Assembly: GCA_016933025.1 (NCBI GenBank)
Contig: JAFGBT010000039.1
Coordinates: forward strand, 731-64,730
DNA: 64,000 bases
Reading direction: 5' to 3'
From: Spirochaetota bacterium
Lineage (GTDB): Bacteria > Spirochaetota > UBA4802 > UBA5550
The notes beneath the pieces are model-generated. The model ran no database searches, was not told where the DNA came from, and worked only from the letters and a program-made list of their open reading frames with translations. Positions 28,991-38,397 of this stretch are shown piece by piece. Both the position numbers and the translations under genes were made by a program. Position 1 is the stretch's first letter. The number at the start of each line of letters is the position of its first letter.

Positions 28991-30820
28991 ATGACGGATA
29001 TCGCTCTTGATAAAAAAACTGCCGGCTTCATTAAGTCATTTTATCTGAGATTCAACCTCTTCACCGAAGGATTCAGCTTCTTCATCGTCGTCCCCATCCT
29101 CCTGGTCTATGTATGGGCCAATATCCAGCTCACCCCGGAACAGCTTGTACTCTTCTTTAAAATCGTTCCGCCTGCATTCCTGTTCGGGATCGCTTTCGTG
29201 CTGGTGAACAACCTGATCGTACTCTGGCCGATTCTCCGATATTTCAAGAAATTTCTCGCAGGCAAAGAAGTCCCGGACGCCGAATACTTCAGGATAAAAA
29301 AGCGTTTTTTGAGACTGCCGTTCATACACGCGGCAGGCGCCTTCTTCCGCTGGCTCATTCTCCTTGGTAACGCCATTCTTCCCTTCTCGCTGCTCTCGGA
29401 CGCGACCAGGCCCCAGATTATCAACATGTGGATGGGGGCCGCACTCTGCTCGGTGCTCGGCATCGCCTCCTATTTCGCCATCACGGAAATCATGGTGCAG
29501 AACATGATAAGCATGGGAGTCTTCGCGAAAAAAATCGAGGGCGAGAAACCGCCCCGCGTCTCCCTGCGAATGAGACTCACCGTCCTGACCGGCTCATCGG
29601 TGCTCCTGACCGTGGCGGTCATTGTCACCTTTTTTTTTATAACCGTCGAGAATAACAGGATCGCCGACACCCTCATGTACGTCCGCATCGGCATCATGAT
29701 CTTCCTCGCGCTCGTGATCGGGGTCTTCAGCCCTCTCCTGGTCATCAAGACCCTGCGCGACAAGATAAACATCGTGGTCGAGCTTCTCAGCAAGATCGGC
29801 GCAGGCGACCTCCGGAGCGCCGCCCGCGAGGTGCCGATCCATGACGAGATCAGCGAAATCATTTTCGACGTCGACGACATGAAGGACAAGCTCCGGATGT
29901 CGCGGGACGAGCTGATGGACCTCAACATCAACCTGGAAAAGAAAGTCGCGGAAAGGACTCGCGAACTCAAGGCCGCGCTGGAAGAGATCGAGGCGGCCAA
30001 CAACGAGCTCGAAGCGATGAACGACAACCTGGTCCGCGCCAACCGCGAGCTCGAGGAGACGGAGCGTATACGCAAAAAGGACCTAACGCTTGCGGCCACC
30101 GTCCAGGCCGCATTTCTTCCCGGGAAAGCCCCTGTTTACGATCAGTACGATATCGCCTATATCTACAAGCCATGGGCGGAGGTATCCGGCGATTTTTTTG
30201 ATTTTTATGAAAATAACGCGACCCTGAAAGGCGTTGGCCTCTTCGACGTTTCTGGCCACGGGGTCTCCTCCGGCCTCCTCACTCTCATCACCAAGTCAAT
30301 CATCTCGAGAAATTTTTATTCAATGATAAAAGACAAAATCGTCACGGTCATGGAGCATATCAACAATCAGTTGATCGAGGAGATCGGCCAGATCGACAAC
30401 TACGTCACCGGCATCCTGCTCCGCTTCACGGACGATCGGTTTGAATACGTGAACTGCGCCCACCCGGATATCGTGTTCAGGTCCGGCTCTACCGGCAGGG
30501 TCGGGATGATCCTGGAAAAGCCGGGCGAAAGATACCGGAGCTTTTTCCTGGGCGTGCGCGACATGCAGCAGTCATTTCCATCGCTTTCGGTCAAGTTGGG
30601 CTCGGGTGACTGCCTCTTCCTCTACACCGACTGCATGATTGAAAACGAAAACAGCGGCGGCCAGGTCTTCGGTGAAACGCGGATTATGGAATCGCTGAGA
30701 AAAGCCCCGGAAGGAGACGCCAGGAGCATGCTTAATCATATCATCAATAATTTCAACGAATTCCACCGGGGAACCGAATTCAAGGACGATCTGACGGCAA
30801 TCCTGATAAAAAGAAGGTAG
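28991..30820 (+). CDS. Membrane sensor with a HAMP/coiled-coil region and a C-terminal PP2C-type (SpoIIE/RsbU-like) serine phosphatase domain.
   Basis: Multiple N-terminal TM helices. A coiled coil (LKAALEEIEAANNELEAMNDNLVRANRELEE). SpoIIE-type motifs (VSGDFFDF, GLFDVSGHGVSSGLL, LYTDCMIE). Confidence 0.7.
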   Translation: MTDIALDKKTAGFIKSFYLRFNLFTEGFSFFIVVPILLVYVWANIQLTPEQLVLFFKIVPPAFLFGIAFVLVNNLIVLWPILRYFKKFLAGKEVPDAEYFRIKKRFLRLPFIHAAGAFFRWLILLGNAILPFSLLSDATRPQIINMWMGAALCSVLGIASYFAITEIMVQNMISMGVFAKKIEGEKPPRVSLRMRLTVLTGSSVLLTVAVIVTFFFITVENNRIADTLMYVRIGIMIFLALVIGVFSPLLVIKTLRDKINIVVELLSKIGAGDLRSAAREVPIHDEISEIIFDVDDMKDKLRMSRDELMDLNINLEKKVAERTRELKAALEEIEAANNELEAMNDNLVRANRELEETERIRKKDLTLAATVQAAFLPGKAPVYDQYDIAYIYKPWAEVSGDFFDFYENNATLKGVGLFDVSGHGVSSGLLTLITKSIISRNFYSMIKDKIVTVMEHINNQLIEEIGQIDNYVTGILLRFTDDRFEYVNCAHPDIVFRSGSTGRVGMILEKPGERYRSFFLGVRDMQQSFPSLSVKLGSGDCLFLYTDCMIENENSGGQVFGETRIMESLRKAPEGDARSMLNHIINNFNEFHRGTEFKDDLTAILIKRR

Positions 30821-30831
30821 CGGCCGCTCGG

Positions 30832-31776
30832 CTACACGATCTCAATCCCTTTAAACAGCGACCTGATGCGTTCCATCTTCTCCCTGTCGATCCACGCGCG
30901 CATGGACCCGGTTTCGATGTCGGTCGAACGGCCGAGCATCTCGTTCTTTTCGAACCAGAGGGGATTGTTCTGGAGAAGCCCGATTTTTTTCACCCCCAGT
31001 TTCCGGAGAAAATCAGCAATTGCCGACAGGTTTTCTTCGGTGGCGGTGCAATCCGGTATGAGCGGTACACGCGGCAGAACCTCCGTGCCCCCCTGGCGGT
31101 ATTTCCGGTAGAGTTTTGCGAAATTTGCCAGAATAACATCATTAGGCCGGCCGCAAAGCCTCAGGTGTTCGGCGCCGTCGAAAAGCTTGATGTCAAAGTA
31201 GATCATGTCCAGGTGGGGATACAGCATCTTCATAAACGTGTCGCAGTTGAAGAACCCGCAGGTCTCAAGGAGCACGCTGACGCCCCGCTTTTTCAGGCGG
31301 GCGGCAAGCCGGGAGGCGAAGTCCATGAACAGCGTGGGCTCGCCCCCGGAAAGGGTGACGCCGCCGCCCGAGTTCTCGAAGAAGGGAACATCCTTCTCAA
31401 TTTCCCTCACGATTTCATCGACGCTCATCCGGTTCCCCACTGCGGACAGAGCGCCCGAAGGGCAGACTTCAGCGCACTTCAGGCAGAGGCTGCACCGCTC
31501 CCGATTGACGAACCCGGGCAAACCCCGGTCCAGGGCCTTTTCCGGGCAGGCGCCGACGCACGTATCGCACCCGACGCACTTCTTTTTATCGTAGGATAGT
31601 TCCCGCTCGCGGCGCTTGCTTTCCGGGTTGTGGCACCAGACGCAGGAGAGAGGACACCCCTTGAAGAAGACGACGGTCCTGATGCCGGGCCCGTCGTCCA
31701 GCGAATTGCCTTTTATTTCAAAAATCAACGGTTCATTTTTTGATTGATTCACTTCTGACTTGACTGTTCGATTCAT
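30832..31776 (-). CDS. Glycyl-radical-enzyme activating enzyme (radical SAM, PflA family) with an additional ferredoxin-like dicluster insert.
   Basis: The N-terminus carries GCPLSCVWCHNPE (CxxxCxxC). Two extra motifs, CVGCDTCVGACP and CSLCLKCAEVCP, follow. This layout is typical of activases for PFL2-class GREs. Confidence 0.8.
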   Translation of the reverse strand: MNRTVKSEVNQSKNEPLIFEIKGNSLDDGPGIRTVVFFKGCPLSCVWCHNPESKRRERELSYDKKKCVGCDTCVGACPEKALDRGLPGFVNRERCSLCLKCAEVCPSGALSAVGNRMSVDEIVREIEKDVPFFENSGGGVTLSGGEPTLFMDFASRLAARLKKRGVSVLLETCGFFNCDTFMKMLYPHLDMIYFDIKLFDGAEHLRLCGRPNDVILANFAKLYRKYRQGGTEVLPRVPLIPDCTATEENLSAIADFLRKLGVKKIGLLQNNPLWFEKNEMLGRSTDIETGSMRAWIDREKMERIRSLFKGIEIV

Positions 31777-31922
31777 ATTGTTAATCGTAAATGATTCTTA
31801 TGAAGTTATTTATATAATGGCGGCAGTATCCCGTGAGCAGGCGGCCAGGATGGCCGCCGGAGCCGATAGGACAGGATGTCCTATTTGCGGCGGGGCGAAC
31901 GGGATGCTGCCGCCATTAATAC

Positions 31923-34886
31923 TCATACCCTGTACTCCGCCCTCTCGATGAGCTCAATCTGCATCTCGCGGTTGAGGGTAACGAAATAGGCGTTGTAGCC
32001 CGATATGCGCACGATAAGGTTCCGGTACAGCTCCGGGTGCACCATGGCGTCGCGGAGAACCGCGGAAGAGACGACATTCATCTGCATCTGCATTCCGCCC
32101 AGGCCAAAATAGGTCTTCACATATGAGTGCATGGTGTCGACCATCTTCTCGTGGGTATCGCTCGCGCTCGGAACCACCTTGACGTTAAAGGCGATATTGT
32201 TGTTCATGTGCCGGGGGTTAAGCCGCGCGACGTCACGGATGTTGTCCAGCAGATTTTTCGAGGCGTTCGGCTCCGGCGTGAGGCCGGGTGTGAAGGCCTT
32301 GCCGGTCAGCCGGCCCGAGGGGAGCGCACCGGTCATGTTGCCGAAAATCACGTGGTTCGACATTGACCAGAAACCGGCCGTGTACCGGCCGCCCCGATAG
32401 TTCTTGTGCGCGTAATAGGCATCATGCGCGAATTTCGCCACGCGTCCGGCCATCGCCAGCGCCTCCTCGCTGCCCGAGCCGAATCGGGGCACCCTGCTCA
32501 TCACCAAGGCATGGAGCTCAGGGTAGCCCTGGTAGTTGGCGTCGATCGCCTTTTTAAATTCGGGGAGCGACACCTGCTTCTCGTCGTACACCAGCTTCTT
32601 GACCGCCATGAGCGAATCGGTGATGTCCGCCAGCCCGATGCATGCCGAGCCGGAGCTGTTGTACTTGGCCCCGCCCCGCGTCACGTCGAGGCCCTTCTTC
32701 ATTGGCCCGTCGATGAGCGCCGAGAGGAGCGGCGTGGGTCTGATATAGCCGTGTGCCTTCCCGAGCATGTTGTTCAGTTCAACGGAATTGTCGATAAGGA
32801 ACTGGAACTGCCTCGTGAAGGCGCGGTAGAATTCCTCGAAGGTCCGGAAGCTGCCGGACTCGATCGCGCCGGTCTCCGGGCCGACCTTCCAGTTCATGAG
32901 AGGATGCCTGCCGTTGTTGAGCGCCATCTCCAGCGCGGCCACCATGTTCATCATCATGCAGTTCGTGTGGCCGATGTGCTTGCCGGACAGGGTGGGCTCA
33001 ACGCACCCGGTTGCCGACCAGTTCCTCAGATCCTTTATATCGTACGCGAACTCTTTCAAAGAGGACATGACCGATTTGTCGTTGTGGAGCGACGGCGTTG
33101 CGGTCGTTATCAGGTTCACCTCGCAGAGCCGCCTCAGGTACGCGTCGCTGTTCACGCCGGGGCAGAAGCGGGCGTTGACGTTCGGGTCCCTGATGCTGAG
33201 CATCTCGGTGACCTTGAGGAATAGGTATGTCATGTCGCATACCGCGTCCTTCCCTTCCGGCGTGATACCGCCAAGCGTGATGGCCTGGTCCGACGAGCTG
33301 CCGCCAAAGAGGTAGTTTCCGATATCCGGCACCAGGGGAAGATGATCGGTGCACCGCATGTAGAAACAGCCGACCAGCTCGATAGCCTTCTTAATATACT
33401 CCTCGCGCTTCTTCGCGCTTTTCAATTTCGCCATGTCAGCCGCAAAATAGGGCTGGAACCACTGATCCATCCTTCCCAGGGAGAGGCCGGCGTTGGTGTT
33501 CTCCATGTGAAGACCCACCCATCCGATCCAGGCAGCGTTGACCGCCTCGTCGAGTGTTTCGCAGGGGCCCTCGGGCACACGGTCGCAGATAACGGCAAGC
33601 CTGAGGAGCTCCCCCTTCCTCACCGGGTCGGTCTCGCTCTGAGCCTCCGCGGCCGCCTGCTTCGAAAGGTTTTTCGCGTACGCGGCGAGCCCCTCCAGAC
33701 AGAGGATCATGGCCTCCAGAAGGGTACGCTTGTCCCGTTTCGATGCCGAGGTCTTCGCGATTTCACGGCGGATTTCCCCGATGTAGCCCTTTGTCCCTAT
33801 GCGCAGGAGCTTCGGGAAATCCGCGATCGTATGGGACAGGGCCACGCTCTTCCAGAGGAAGTAGACGGCGAACCGCTCGTCTATCCGCTGGCAGAGGGGA
33901 TTATCGTACTCCTCGCGGACCCACTCGCGGAAATTCCGGTGAGTCCAGTAGGGAAAGACGTCGCGATGAAGGACGCGCTTGGTATCACCAGAAATATTGT
34001 AGGGATTCAGCTCCCGGTCCGGCACGTTGTTGAGCTCGCCCCAGATCATAGTTCCGTGCGCGTCCGGATACAGGATGACGCCGATGTCCTTGGTGGTGGA
34101 GGTGCCGGCGACCAGGTCGCCCTTCCGGATGATCGGCCTGCGGTGTTCCATCATGTATTTATAGGCGCCCGCCTGCCTGAGCTCGGGGGGCCATGGCGTG
34201 CCGTCGGCCCTCTTTTCGAAACCATTCTCCTTGAACCACCGCGTCATCAGAAGCGCGCGCTCCGGGCATATTTCGGGCTTCGTGGTGAAATGCTGGTCGA
34301 GGAACTCCTTCAGCCGCGGAAAATCAGACAAGGAATAGCCCGATAGGTAGGGATCTGAAAGATATTTTACGCCCCGGTCCCTCGCCGGCGCCCTGAGCGC
34401 TCCATGGCGCGCGCTTTTTTCCGCGGGCGCGGGCCCGCTGTCGCCCTTCATCGAATCCGCCTGCTTCTGCCGCTCGTGTTCCTCGATCAGTTTCTTCTGC
34501 ATTCCGAGATGTTTCTTGTAGAGGAGGACTGAAACATAGTAGTTGAACAGGTTCGGGTAGGCGAAGTTGCCCTCGATGCGGAGCTTGCCTTTGGTCAGGA
34601 ACATGACCAGTTCGTTGGGGGGAAGATTGAGCGCTTCCATAACGGCTTTCCCGTCCCTGAAGATAAGGACCGAATCGACCCCTTCGGGTATAGAGCCCAT
34701 GACCGAGACCCTGCCGTCATTGAAGCGGACGGCGGCCATCACGCTCCTGTTCTCGGTACGGATCCCGATGCAAAAATTGGTCCACCCGTCAGCGCTCTTC
34801 AGGTACTGCCGTTTTGAGGGTATCCGGCTGTAAATAGCCGCCATCAAATGGAGCAGTATTTTGACCAGGATGTTCGTGAAATTCAT
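31923..34886 (-). CDS. Glycyl radical enzyme, PFL2 / dehydratase-lyase class, of unknown substrate. It carries an N-terminal SCP2-like extension of ~140 aa.
   Basis: C-terminal glycyl-radical motif RISGYNAYF. Thiyl-radical loop ATGCVEPT (single Cys followed by Glu, as in glycerol dehydratase/CutC/HypD types, not the CC of PFL). Length 987 aa. The N-terminal ~120 aa (…FLTKGKLRIEGNFAYPNLF…) resemble an SCP2 sterol-carrier fold. Confidence 0.85.
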   Translation of the reverse strand: MNFTNILVKILLHLMAAIYSRIPSKRQYLKSADGWTNFCIGIRTENRSVMAAVRFNDGRVSVMGSIPEGVDSVLIFRDGKAVMEALNLPPNELVMFLTKGKLRIEGNFAYPNLFNYYVSVLLYKKHLGMQKKLIEEHERQKQADSMKGDSGPAPAEKSARHGALRAPARDRGVKYLSDPYLSGYSLSDFPRLKEFLDQHFTTKPEICPERALLMTRWFKENGFEKRADGTPWPPELRQAGAYKYMMEHRRPIIRKGDLVAGTSTTKDIGVILYPDAHGTMIWGELNNVPDRELNPYNISGDTKRVLHRDVFPYWTHRNFREWVREEYDNPLCQRIDERFAVYFLWKSVALSHTIADFPKLLRIGTKGYIGEIRREIAKTSASKRDKRTLLEAMILCLEGLAAYAKNLSKQAAAEAQSETDPVRKGELLRLAVICDRVPEGPCETLDEAVNAAWIGWVGLHMENTNAGLSLGRMDQWFQPYFAADMAKLKSAKKREEYIKKAIELVGCFYMRCTDHLPLVPDIGNYLFGGSSSDQAITLGGITPEGKDAVCDMTYLFLKVTEMLSIRDPNVNARFCPGVNSDAYLRRLCEVNLITTATPSLHNDKSVMSSLKEFAYDIKDLRNWSATGCVEPTLSGKHIGHTNCMMMNMVAALEMALNNGRHPLMNWKVGPETGAIESGSFRTFEEFYRAFTRQFQFLIDNSVELNNMLGKAHGYIRPTPLLSALIDGPMKKGLDVTRGGAKYNSSGSACIGLADITDSLMAVKKLVYDEKQVSLPEFKKAIDANYQGYPELHALVMSRVPRFGSGSEEALAMAGRVAKFAHDAYYAHKNYRGGRYTAGFWSMSNHVIFGNMTGALPSGRLTGKAFTPGLTPEPNASKNLLDNIRDVARLNPRHMNNNIAFNVKVVPSASDTHEKMVDTMHSYVKTYFGLGGMQMQMNVVSSAVLRDAMVHPELYRNLIVRISGYNAYFVTLNREMQIELIERAEYRV

Positions 34887-35077
34887 GCCGCCACCTCGCC
34901 TGTCTGATTGCCTGGCTCACCCGCCAATGCCCGAGTCACTGTTGAGACAAGTATACTCTACTGTTGTTTACGAATCGACCTAAATTATAAATCAATACGA
35001 AAAAAGATACAACCGGGGCGCAGCGTATCGACAGATCAAGATAAGAAATTCAATCCCGTGCGGATTAAAATTATGTC

Positions 35078-35105
35078 TTGACTATTGTGAATGGTGATTT
35101 ACTCT
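35078..35105 (+). promoter_or_regulatory. Candidate sigma70-type promoter: TTGACT, a 16-bp spacer, then TACTCT.
   Basis: It lies in the divergent region between the GRE gene and the lipoprotein gene at 35267. The sequence match is weak. Confidence 0.25.
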
Positions 35106-35266
35106 CTCTTTTGACGGTTTTCACCGGATCTGTTGCAAAGCCGATTCCGTAATTAGCGTCAAGGGACGCAGCCGTTTGCAAGGAAATTCGGGGCTTCCCG
35201 GAGGCATTACCGGAGTTTCGCAGCAAATCAATTACTCGTCAATATAATAAAGGAGAGCCGCACAGG

Positions 35267-35590
35267 ATGAAAATATTAAAAAAGGTAACGGCACTGGTTG
35301 TTGTCGGTTCCGTAATTATGATAGCCATCGCCTGTAAAAAGGGGAATTTATACGTCGATCAATTGGCTGTTCTGAGCAAAAGGGCGTGCGGATGCGCCGA
35401 TAAAAAATGCGCGGAAGATGAATTCAAGAATTTCATGGTCATTGTTGCCGACATGAAAAAAACCGACGCGAAAGTTACCAACGAAGAGGGCCAGAAGCTT
35501 GGCGAACATACGGCCACCATAATCAAATGCCTGATGACAAAAGGATTATCGCCCATAACCGTTCAGCAGGAGCTTCAAAAATTCAGATGA
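35267..35590 (+). CDS. Small lipoprotein (hypothetical).
   Basis: MKILKKVTALVVVGSVIMIAIACKKG is a signal peptide with lipobox. Length 107 aa. An intrinsic terminator follows. Confidence 0.45.
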   Translation: MKILKKVTALVVVGSVIMIAIACKKGNLYVDQLAVLSKRACGCADKKCAEDEFKNFMVIVADMKKTDAKVTNEEGQKLGEHTATIIKCLMTKGLSPITVQQELQKFR

Positions 35591-35615
35591 TACCGTATTG
35601 AAACGTACTCGGAAT

Positions 35616-35647
35616 AAAAAAGCCCCTTATTTAGGGGCCTTTTATTG
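35616..35647 (+). terminator. Rho-independent terminator.
   Basis: AAAAAAGCCCCTtatttAGGGGCCTTTTATT, which is a stem-loop plus a T-run. Confidence 0.55.
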
Positions 35648-35813
35648 TATTTCTGCAAAAAAAATTGGTGATAGTGTAGGAGGCCGCCTGTCTCATAAGC
35701 CCCCCTGGTCAGGATGAAAAAATTTAATACTACACAAAAAATAGCTAAACATTTGTATATATAAACCGATTATAATTATGTCACGATAATATTAATGGAA
35801 AAGGAGTTTTGTC

Positions 35814-36194
35814 ATGCTTATCAATAAAACCATGGAATCCATAAGCTACCGGGACATGTTTCATACGGGGCTTGAAAAAACCCCAAAATTTATCAGAAGG
35901 ACATCCCCTGCCGGCTCCGGAAGTGAAAGCGATATCGTTGAAATCTCAGAGGACGCCCGCAGACGGCTCATGGAAAAAAACAGCTCGCCGCTCGTCAAGG
36001 TCGTTGGACGGCTATCGCGCGAAATCAGCGAATTGATCCTTAACCAAGAATTGAGCTCCGACGCAGAACGACGCAACAGGACCGGGGAGCTCCGCGAAAG
36101 GGTGCTGAGCGGCTCATACGATTTCGATAGCGCGGCCGGCCTTGAAATGGCAGGCAAAGCTGTAACGGCACAGCTGATCGGCAGGGATCGGTAA
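35814..36194 (+). CDS. Possible FlgM-like anti-sigma-28 factor.
   Basis: The C-terminal segment ELRERVLSGSYDFDSAAGLEMAGKAV resembles the conserved FlgM C-terminal helix (…I.sGsY.vDs..iA…). The size is right. The rest of the protein is uninformative. Confidence 0.35.
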   Translation: MLINKTMESISYRDMFHTGLEKTPKFIRRTSPAGSGSESDIVEISEDARRRLMEKNSSPLVKVVGRLSREISELILNQELSSDAERRNRTGELRERVLSGSYDFDSAAGLEMAGKAVTAQLIGRDR

Positions 36195-36277
36195 CCGCAT
36201 CGATCTGCGAAATGTCTGGACACACACGGGGGAGCCGGTATACTATTGCCGGCAACCCTAATAAGGCACACCCCCTC

Positions 36278-37474
36278 ATGAAGTATGATTTCGACAGGGT
36301 CATCGACCGCACCGGAACCGGCTCATTTAAATGGGACCTTGCGGACGCCCTATTCCATGGCAGCGGTCTCCTTCCCCTCTGGGTGGCCGACATGGACTTC
36401 GAATCGCCCCCCGAAGTAATCGAAGCACTTGTTATGAGGGCCCGTCACGGAATTTTCGGATACACTGCACCGGGCCCCGCATACCATGATGCCATCATCA
36501 AATGGTTCAGGAAGCGACATCGCTGGAAGATCAGGCCCGAATGGCTCCGGTTCGCCCCGGGGGTCGTCCCGGCGCTCAACCTTCTGGTGCAGGCGTTCAC
36601 GGCTCCCGGCGACAGCGTGATCGTACAGATGCCGGTCTACTATCCGTTCATGCGGGCAATCAGCCTCAACGGCAGGACCGTCCTCAACAATCCGCTGAAG
36701 CTCGAGAAGGGCCGTTACCGAATGGATCTCGAAGACCTCGAGCGCAAAGCGATGACACCGGGCGCCCGCCTTATCATACTCTGCAGTCCCCATAACCCTG
36801 TCGGAAGGGTATGGACGCGCGACGAGCTCGAGGGCCTCGGCTCAATCTGCCTGAAGCGCGGCATCCTTGTCGTGGCGGACGAGATACACTGCGACCTGAC
36901 CTATCAGGGCGTTCGCCATGTTCCCTTCGCGTCGATCAAAGAGGAATTCCTGATGAATTCCGTCACCTGCCTCTCGCCGAGCAAGACATTCAACCTGGCA
37001 GGCCTGCAGACCGCCGCACTGGTCATCGCCGGAGGGGAGCGGCGCGCAGGCTACGAAACGACCCTCAGCCGGCTGGGCCTCACCTGGCCCAATGTATTCG
37101 GGAGCGAGGCGCTCACCGCGGCGTATACCCACGGCGCCCCGTGGCTCGACGCCTTGATCGACTACCTGGCGGGAAATCTCGAGTTTCTGAAGCAATTCAT
37201 CGCGCGCAACATCCCCGGTGTGACCGTCATAGAACCGGAAGGGACATACCTGGTATGGCTCGACTTCAGGGGCCTCGATATGGACAACAACGCCCTCAAA
37301 CGGCTGATGATCGAAGACGCACGGGTGGCCCTCGATCACGGATTCATCTTCGGGTCACCGGAAGGGGACGGCTTCGAACGGATCAACATTGCCTGCCCCA
37401 GGGCAACGCTCGAGGAGGCTCTCAGACGGATAGAGCGGGCGCTAAAAAGCAGATTTCAGGAGGCGAAGCCATGA
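36278..37474 (+). CDS. PLP-dependent C-S lyase / aminotransferase class I, MalY/PatB-type cystathionine beta-lyase.
   Basis: The start MKYDFDRVIDRTGTGSFKWD is the hallmark MalY/PatB N-terminus. The PLP-lysine region is SPSKTFNLAGL. Length 398 aa. Confidence 0.75.
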   Translation: MKYDFDRVIDRTGTGSFKWDLADALFHGSGLLPLWVADMDFESPPEVIEALVMRARHGIFGYTAPGPAYHDAIIKWFRKRHRWKIRPEWLRFAPGVVPALNLLVQAFTAPGDSVIVQMPVYYPFMRAISLNGRTVLNNPLKLEKGRYRMDLEDLERKAMTPGARLIILCSPHNPVGRVWTRDELEGLGSICLKRGILVVADEIHCDLTYQGVRHVPFASIKEEFLMNSVTCLSPSKTFNLAGLQTAALVIAGGERRAGYETTLSRLGLTWPNVFGSEALTAAYTHGAPWLDALIDYLAGNLEFLKQFIARNIPGVTVIEPEGTYLVWLDFRGLDMDNNALKRLMIEDARVALDHGFIFGSPEGDGFERINIACPRATLEEALRRIERALKSRFQEAKP

Positions 37475-38289
37475 AACTCGCGGTAATAACCGGATGCGAC
37501 AGCGGCATCGGGAAGTCACTCGCGCGCGTCTTTTCCGAAAAAGGATTTAGAGTCATCATCTCCTACCTGGAAAGGAATCCCTTCGAGGGGGACAGGCGCA
37601 TCATCGCGAAGAAGCTGGATATTCGCGATGAAAAGCAGATCAACTCCTTCTCCGCCCTGGTGCACCGTTACTGCAGCGAGGGCCACGGCCTGGAATATTT
37701 CATCAACAACGCGGGGGTGGCGCTGGGCGGGCCCTTTGAAAACATTCCACTTGAAATATACCGGACCGTCATGGAGATAAATTTCATCGGCCTGGCGTCC
37801 CTCTCACAGAAAATCCTCCCCGCTCTGATCAGGAGCAGGGGGCGCCTTGTTGTGAACGGCTCAATGGCGGGACGGATCGCGCTTCCGTTTCTATCCCCGT
37901 ACACCGCGTCCAAGTTCGCTCTCGAGGGCTGGTGCGATTCGGTCAGGAGGGAGCTCAAGCCCCTCGGCGTCAGGACAATCCTTCTGGAGACAGCCGGGAT
38001 CGCCACGCCGATATGGGACAAGGGTCTGCAGCAGGACTATTCCTTCGCGGACAAAAAGTATGATGCGAGCATACGGCTGTTCAAGGAAAAATTCATCGCC
38101 GGCGGCAACCGGGGGATGGATACCGACCGCGCCGCAGCCCAGATCTTCAGGTTCATAACAGAAAAAAAACCGAAGGCGCGGTACATCGTCGCTCAAAACA
38201 GGCTGCTATCGTTTCTCGAGCTCATGATCCCCGGCAGGGTGCTCGATGCCCTGGTGGTGAAGATGTTTTCCATGCGGTACGAAGGATGA
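37471..38289 (+). CDS. Short-chain dehydrogenase/reductase (SDR) family oxidoreductase.
   Basis: The start MKLAVITGCDSGIGKSLA is the TGxxxGIG NAD(P)-binding motif. YTASK gives the catalytic YxxxK. There is a 4-bp ATGA overlap with the upstream lyase gene. Confidence 0.7.
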   Translation: MKLAVITGCDSGIGKSLARVFSEKGFRVIISYLERNPFEGDRRIIAKKLDIRDEKQINSFSALVHRYCSEGHGLEYFINNAGVALGGPFENIPLEIYRTVMEINFIGLASLSQKILPALIRSRGRLVVNGSMAGRIALPFLSPYTASKFALEGWCDSVRRELKPLGVRTILLETAGIATPIWDKGLQQDYSFADKKYDASIRLFKEKFIAGGNRGMDTDRAAAQIFRFITEKKPKARYIVAQNRLLSFLELMIPGRVLDALVVKMFSMRYEG

Positions 38290-38397
38290 TGCCGGTGATA
38301 TGCGCGGTTAAAGACCATTCTACAGCCTCATCTCACCGACGATTGCACACCCGGCCGGGCCGGTGCCGGCCATGCTCACACCTTCCGGCCCTCCGCC

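Noticed and set aside
32406-34346. Several plus-strand ORFs of 270-330 aa opposite the glycyl radical enzyme gene.
   Set aside because: They are antisense to a 987-aa gene with canonical GRE motifs. R/G/H-rich low-complexity translations.
36811-38289. A 492-aa ORF spanning the lyase and SDR genes.
   Set aside because: Its first ~220 codons are an R/P/G-rich off-frame read of the MalY-like gene. Only the last 272 codons, the SDR from the ATG at 37471, are credible.
38290-38397. A GC-rich segment between the convergent SDR and Fe-S genes (ccggccgggccggtgccggcc).
   Set aside because: It could be a terminator, but no clean stem plus T-run could be defined by eye.
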